Program-made: the position numbers and the translations under genes
In this document: piece by piece, positions 58,589 through 64,000 of the stretch
How the letters are laid out: each line of letters starts with the position of its first letter
How positions within the stretch are numbered: the first letter of the stretch is position 1
NCBI GenBank assembly: GCA_964019335.1
Contig: OZ025713.1
Location: 372,001-436,000, forward strand
Length of the DNA: 64,000 bases
From: Diplonema japonicum
Taxonomy: Eukaryota; Protista; Euglenozoa: Diplonemea
Direction: 5' to 3'
Notes under the pieces: generated by a model
Seen by the model: only the letters and a program-made list of their open reading frames with translations
Told to the model about the DNA's origin: nothing
Databases searched by the model: none

Positions 58589-59232
58589 ATGGAAGAGTCG
58601 GAGCTAAGCCGGGAGAAGAAGAACAAAATGCTCGTATTTTTCAAGGGGCTGTTGGTGGCTCTCCTGCGGTGCAAACCGCGCAACCCCATCAGCTTCTGTG
58701 AGAAGTACGTTGAAGAAAAAGTAGAAGGCGACGAACTAGAAACCAGCCTGTGCAGAAGCTGGAGGGGAGACTTCAACACCTACGACTTCACCAGAGACAC
58801 CTCAGACGTGTTCCAAGTAAATAACCGAGATGTCTATGGGGAGTACGAGACTATTAGAAAAACCCTCGACTTCAACTACCACGGTAACTACTCAAAAACC
58901 CGACAAGCAGTCCAAGACATAGCGGTCTCCGACGTTGTCCTGGGCGGTGAACTCAAATCCGAACCCTGGCTCGTCTACACAGCAGGAGCAATGGGGGCTG
59001 GGAAGTCCCATGTTATCAGGTGGATGTCCGACCACGGGTATTTCCCACTACCGGACATCGTTCAAATAGACCCCGATCGGTTCAAAGAAATGCTCCCAGA
59101 ATGGCAGGGCTACATGGAGCATGACCCCATGCAAGCTGGGGGTAGAATGCGCAAGGAATCCGGGTATCTAGTTGAAATCGCACAGCACAAGGCAATGGAC
59201 ATGGGCAAGAACGTGTGGGTGGACGGGTCCCT
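58589..59232 (+). pseudogene. RIIa/Dpy-30-like helix pair + Zeta-toxin-like P-loop kinase, C-terminally truncated (or first exon)
   Basis: LLVALLRCKPRNPISF; WLVYTAGAMGAGKS (Walker A); IDPDRFKEMLPEW; KESGYLVE; NVWVDGSL, then similarity stops. Confidence 0.65.
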
Positions 59233-59541
59233 GCCCAGAGCACTGGCTAGGGTTGAGCTGCACACCACATGCATTAAGGACACAACGTGGAACGCAAACG
59301 CGGCCGAGGTGCACCCTGTCACTGGTCTCCTTTACCTCTTTTATTGTTGCGTGGTTTATTTTGTCTTGAAACTACATTTCGCGTTAAAATTTTTGTTTTA
59401 ATTGAAACCGGCAGGGTTGGCTTAAAATGAAATCAGATGGTCAAAATAGCAGCGAAAACGTGAGTCTCCCCCGACTGGTCAGATAAAGAGGAAAAAGACG
59501 ATGAGGTGGTCAAAGAGGGGCCGGAAACGATGCTTGGGTGG

Positions 59542-60781
59542 GAGAAATACTCCCAAAGGCCTGAAACATATCATTTCCGTGAAAAGGTGGGCTTAGGACA
59601 CCTCTAGGTGAAGCAGCCAATGAGGAGGGTGTTTTTAATCTTTTTTTGTTACACACGCTCATAGTTTCTTCCACGAACGGTCGTTTCGGTTCAAAAAAAC
59701 AGCGGAATCTGAATCTTTCCATCCCAGAGTACAAAATTTGGCTTGGGTTGGTCCTGTTAATGGGTTTACACCCGGCACCGAATATGAAAAGCTACTGGGC
59801 AACAGATTCTATTTTAGCCATCCCGGCTTTTGAGAAAATGAGCAAACCGATTCGTTGACATACAGCGCTACCTCACCTTTGACAACCTGGAAAACATCAG
59901 TAAGGCTTGAAACTGCGCCTCATGCACAGGTTTCTTGACATCATTGTCAACCGGTGTAGGACTGTGCGGACCCCTGGCAAGTGGTTGTCTGTTGACGACA
60001 GTGTTATCCCGACAACAATAAAAGTCATGGCACCACGAAAAAAAACAACTCGGTGGGCATCAAGGTAATCGCTACATGCGACTCATAAAACGGTTACCTG
60101 GCGAATTTCAACATTTTCAGCAAGAAGTCCACAACACAGGACCTAGTCATGCATACTGTCGACTCCTATGGGTTTGCTGTCGACCCCTGACCGGCAAGAC
60201 CAGCTCCAGGGGACTGGAGTTTGGCATATGAAAACCCGGAAGTAGTCGTTATTTATTGGGTTCTGGAAAGCTGTGTTGCCAACTCCTCCATAATCTGGAA
60301 GAAGAGCAGGGAATGTGGCAAAAATTATGGCTTCCCGAGCTTCAAAGAAGAACTTGTTGGCAAGCTTCTCACCCATGCCAGGTGCAAACGTGGTGCCCCT
60401 GTTGCAACCCCCCCTTATGCAAAACGTGTTTTTTACCCTTGCATGCTACCCCAGCTGGAAAAAAAACTCACAAGTTGCTTTTTTCATCCCACAGCCCCAA
60501 AAAGTCTCCAGACTGACCTCAATCCTAGAGTTCAGGGCACCAAATAGGGCTGAATGCTGCCTTTTTTAGCCCAGCCATAACTCCACGGACCCCCCACGAC
60601 AAGACCCCCCAAAATCGGACATAAAAAGTACACCCTCAACCCCCCTCTTACACACATAGTTAAGTGTTCTCATCTGAATCTGGCACCTGGAATTGAAAAT
60701 TTTAGTACCGTTTACCCTTTCCTTGCACCTTCCTATGGTTGCATGCTGCCCTTTTTTTTGAGTATTTAAAGCAACAACGAA
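59542..60781 (+). mobile_element. piggyBac remnant, parent family of the 1228-1941 MITE
   Basis: KIWLGLVLLMGL..YW, WLSVDDSVIP, VANSSIIW remnants; near-identity to 1268-1885 (reverse). Confidence 0.8.
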
Positions 60782-61060
60782 TGTGTCCTACCATCGCAGC
60801 ACCCACCTTCTCACGGAGGTGATGCCGTTGATCGGCGATCTCATCTACGGCAACAACGGGCGGAGGTGGGCCGCCTGAGGCACAGGTTGTTCTTCTCACA
60901 CCACCCGCGCGCCCACTCGTAGCCCAGGTCGTCGTCCGTGAGCTGCTGGCAGGAGATTGCAAGCCCTTGGGCGAGGCTTGAAACCCTGCGGTAGCTCAAC
61001 GGGGCGCCGGCCTGTATCTGCTCCTTCACTGTTTCCCGCGGAGCAGCCTGTCTGTCTCAC
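60782..61060 (-). mobile_element. pogo/Tigger N-terminal CENP-B-type HTH fragment
   Basis: GAPLSY..LA...GYEWARGWCEKNNLCLRRPT resembles the S.GW..F..R..L..R..T motif. Confidence 0.55.
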
Positions 61061-61075
61061 TTCAGGTTTAGGTTT

Positions 61076-63118
61076 TAGGTTTTTTTATTTTCTAGAGGTT
61101 CTTCTTCTTCATTTGACTCCTGCAGCCTTCGAGACAAAGCACGCAGGGAAAATACATTAGAAAAAAAGAAAAAGAAAGAAAAAAAAAAAAAAAAAAAACA
61201 ATATTAAAAGAACATGAATGGAAAGAGAGAGGGATCAGGTGAAGAGGTGAACGATATGACAGTGTTCGCGAAGACGGGAGGCGGGGTTCACGATGTGGAA
61301 GTGTCGGGGAAGGAGACGGTGGGGATCCTGTACAAGAAGGCGGGGTGTGCTGCTGGTTTACTCGAAGGCAAGTTCGAACTGGTTTGGGAGGGAGAGGTCC
61401 TGGACAGGAACGGGGGTGAAGATATCCAGGAACTCGGGCTCGTGGAGGGCAGCGTGGTCCATGTGGAGGCGAAGAAGATGAGAACCGTTCAGCTGGAGGA
61501 GCTTGAGAGCTCAGAAGTGGTTTCAGAGCTTGAGGAGCTTGTGACAGCTGTCCCTGAGCTGGTTCTGGTGGTGGAGGTGGGGAACTCGCCAGCTGTCGAA
61601 GTCTTGTCCATGAAGACGACGGTCCTTCCTTCCGGACTTCGGTTCCTCGTTGTCACCGACTCCACAGGCTGTGTTACAAGGATAGGCTCTGGGTTTCTTC
61701 AAGAGTGCGACCACCTGACGTCTGTTGATCTCATCCTCCCCAATGTTTCCACCATTGATGATTTCTTTTTATATGAGTGCAAAAATCTAGAAACCATCAA
61801 CTTGAATGCGATGACCAATCTTTCTTCTATTGGTCATTACTTCTTGTATGGGTGCGAAAAACTAGAAACCATCGACTTGAATGCGATGACCAATCTTTCT
61901 TCTATTGGTGATAGCTTCTTGCATGGGTGCGTAAAACTAGAAACCATCAACTTGAATGCGATGACCAATCTTTCTTCCATTGGTCATTGCTTCTTGTATG
62001 GGTGCGAAAAACTAGAAACCATCGACTTGAATACGTTGACCAATCTTTCTTCCATTGGTAATCGCTTCTTGTTTGAGTGCAAAAAACTAGAAACCATCGA
62101 CTTGAATGCGATGACCAATCTTTCTTCCATTGGTATTGGCTTCTTGTCTTGGTGCGAAAAACTAGAAACCATCAACTTGAATGCGATGACCAATCTTTCT
62201 TCTATTGGTCATTACTTCTTGTATGGGTGCGAAAAACTAGAAACCATCGACTTGAATACGTTGACCAATCTTTCTTCCATTGGTGATGGCTTCTTGTCTG
62301 GGTGCGAAAAACTAGAAACCATCAACTTGAATGCGATGACCAATCTTTCTTCCATTGGTGATGGCTTCTTGTCTGGGTGCGAAAAACTAGAAACCATCAA
62401 CTTGAATGCGATGACCAATCTTTCTTCCATTGGTGATGACTTCTTGTCTGGGTGCGAAAAACTAGAAACCATCGACTTGAATGCGATGACCAATCTTTCT
62501 TCCATTGGTCATAACTTCTTGTCTTGGTGCGAAAAACTAGAAACCATCAACTTGAATGCGATGACCAATCTTTCTTCCATTGGTGATGGCTTCTTGGAGG
62601 GGTGCGTAAAAGTAGAAACTGTCGACTTGAATTTAAAAAGAAAAGTCGGTGTTTAGAAGAAGAAGAAAAAAAGAGGGGAAAAAAAAGAAGAAAAAAGAAC
62701 ACCCTGGCGCTGAGAAACATCTTTGTGGAAAAACCAACGAAAAGCAATCCAATACCTCGAAGACACCGGGGACCTGCCCCCCTCCGCAACAACTCCACAA
62801 CAACCATCTAACCTGCTGAAGTAGCATGCCGATCAGAAGGCGGCTGAGGCACTTGTCATTTAATCAGAATCCCGAGATCCCATCCCTGATCCCCAAATAG
62901 AGAGTGTACCATCCTGTTTCTCGAGGAAACAGAGAACCTACCCCCTCCCCACCACAGCACCCGACCAATCAGATGCAGCAGTGTGAAAAAAAAAAAAGCC
63001 CCCCTCTCCCCAAACAAAACAAACAAACAAACAAACAAACATTTCCCCACCCCCGATAACGTATAATTAAAAAAAAATATGGGGGGGGCAGGATACTGAG
63101 GTCCGGCACCCTTAGTAA

Positions 63119-63170
<52 letters not shown>

Positions 63171-63525
63171 GTAAAGTGTTAAACAGCCAGCAAAGCTTGT
63201 GGAAAGAGAACACCAAGAAAAAAAAAGAGAGAGAAAAAAAGACCAGGACACCCCCTCCCCGGTCGTGAGAGGCCTATGGGTGTGGCACGCCATGTCTGAA
63301 ACGTTTAGCTCCCTTGAAGCTCACACCAGTGTGCGAGTTTGGCCCATTTTATTTTGGCACGTTGGCGATGGCTGTGGTGGTCGTCGCAAGAGCGCCTGCA
63401 GGAAGTATTGGACGATAACAGTTAATGGGTTTCGTTTTTCTTCTTTTTTTCTTCTTTTTCTTCTTAGTTTATCACCGTTCTTACTGAGCGCCATTTGACT
63501 TGTCACCTTGATGTTAAAAGATCGA

Positions 63526-63563
<38 letters not shown>

Positions 63564-64000
63564 TGCAGGCCGTTGCTAACCACTTCGTTCTGTTATTTTC
63601 ATTATTCTTTCCGGCGATAGACTGATACGGGCCATGGAAGCAACCTCTGCTTAATTCCTGGTACGTGGGAGGCTCCTCTGAGGATGTCAGTCACCTTTTT
63701 CCCTTTTTTATTCGACTCTCTGTTTTCGTATGCAGTATTTATTCTTTTCCACCCCTTTTTATCTATTTTTTCGCTTCTCTATTCTAACTTAACCATCTAT
63801 CAACGAGCGTCTATATATAGACGATTTGAAAAAAAATCTTTTACGCAAAGGGCTTTCAATGCAATACGGCCCGGCTCTTTCTTGCCGGCGGGGTCCTGGA
63901 AAATATGAAAAATATAAACTAAATGCTGCCCTAACTTAACAAGAAAATGAAAAAATAAAAAAAACGCCAGCCCAAATTTACCCTTAAAAATCACTTCAAA
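61076..64000 (+). repeat. Duplication unit copy B (runs off window)
   Basis: Matches 53260-55950. Confidence 0.95.
61214..62656 (+). CDS. Ubiquitin-like domain + 11 near-perfect 25-aa LRRs (paralogue of 53398-54609)
   Basis: Near-identical N-terminus; three additional 75-bp units. Confidence 0.9.
   Translation: MNGKREGSGEEVNDMTVFAKTGGGVHDVEVSGKETVGILYKKAGCAAGLLEGKFELVWEGEVLDRNGGEDIQELGLVEGSVVHVEAKKMRTVQLEELESSEVVSELEELVTAVPELVLVVEVGNSPAVEVLSMKTTVLPSGLRFLVVTDSTGCVTRIGSGFLQECDHLTSVDLILPNVSTIDDFFLYECKNLETINLNAMTNLSSIGHYFLYGCEKLETIDLNAMTNLSSIGDSFLHGCVKLETINLNAMTNLSSIGHCFLYGCEKLETIDLNTLTNLSSIGNRFLFECKKLETIDLNAMTNLSSIGIGFLSWCEKLETINLNAMTNLSSIGHYFLYGCEKLETIDLNTLTNLSSIGDGFLSGCEKLETINLNAMTNLSSIGDGFLSGCEKLETINLNAMTNLSSIGDDFLSGCEKLETIDLNAMTNLSSIGHNFLSWCEKLETINLNAMTNLSSIGDGFLEGCVKVETVDLNLKRKVGV

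Noticed and set aside
61064-61082. Telomere-like ggtttaggttttagg
   Set aside because: Too short and irregular to call a telomeric repeat.
1-64000. tRNA, rRNA or spliced-leader RNA genes
   Set aside because: None recognisable by eye; a covariance-model scan would be needed.

Overview
Eukaryotic protist DNA, most likely euglenozoan and diplonemid-like. This is inferred from long intronless GC-rich CDSs, same-strand gene clusters, homopolymer-rich spacers with polypyrimidine tracts, and PDT/PAT mucin-like linkers. From 1 to 42.5 kb all credible genes are on the minus strand: two near-identical purple acid phosphatase genes (the complete one fused to LRRs), a 1223-aa Trp-rich repeat protein, an LVIVD/mucin/multi-TM protein, a ubiquitin-like (Ubl)-LRR-CaaX protein, an MFS transporter, two CUB(-WSC) secreted proteins, and three paralogues built as presequence-like N-terminus + basic tract + DIRS/YR-retrotransposon-type RNase H domain. 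The 42.5-53 kb interval is a transposon-filled divergent strand switch (hAT, pogo, nested palindromic element). After it, plus-strand Ubl-LRR genes with hypervariable, copy-number-variable 75-bp LRR units sit in a recent duplication mixed with piggyBac, pogo and DIRS remnants. The best candidates for an undescribed system are the apparently domesticated, putatively mitochondrial retrotransposon RNase H family (two catalytic, one pseudo-enzyme) and the diversifying Ubl-LRR family. All calls are by motif inspection only; no database searches were run.
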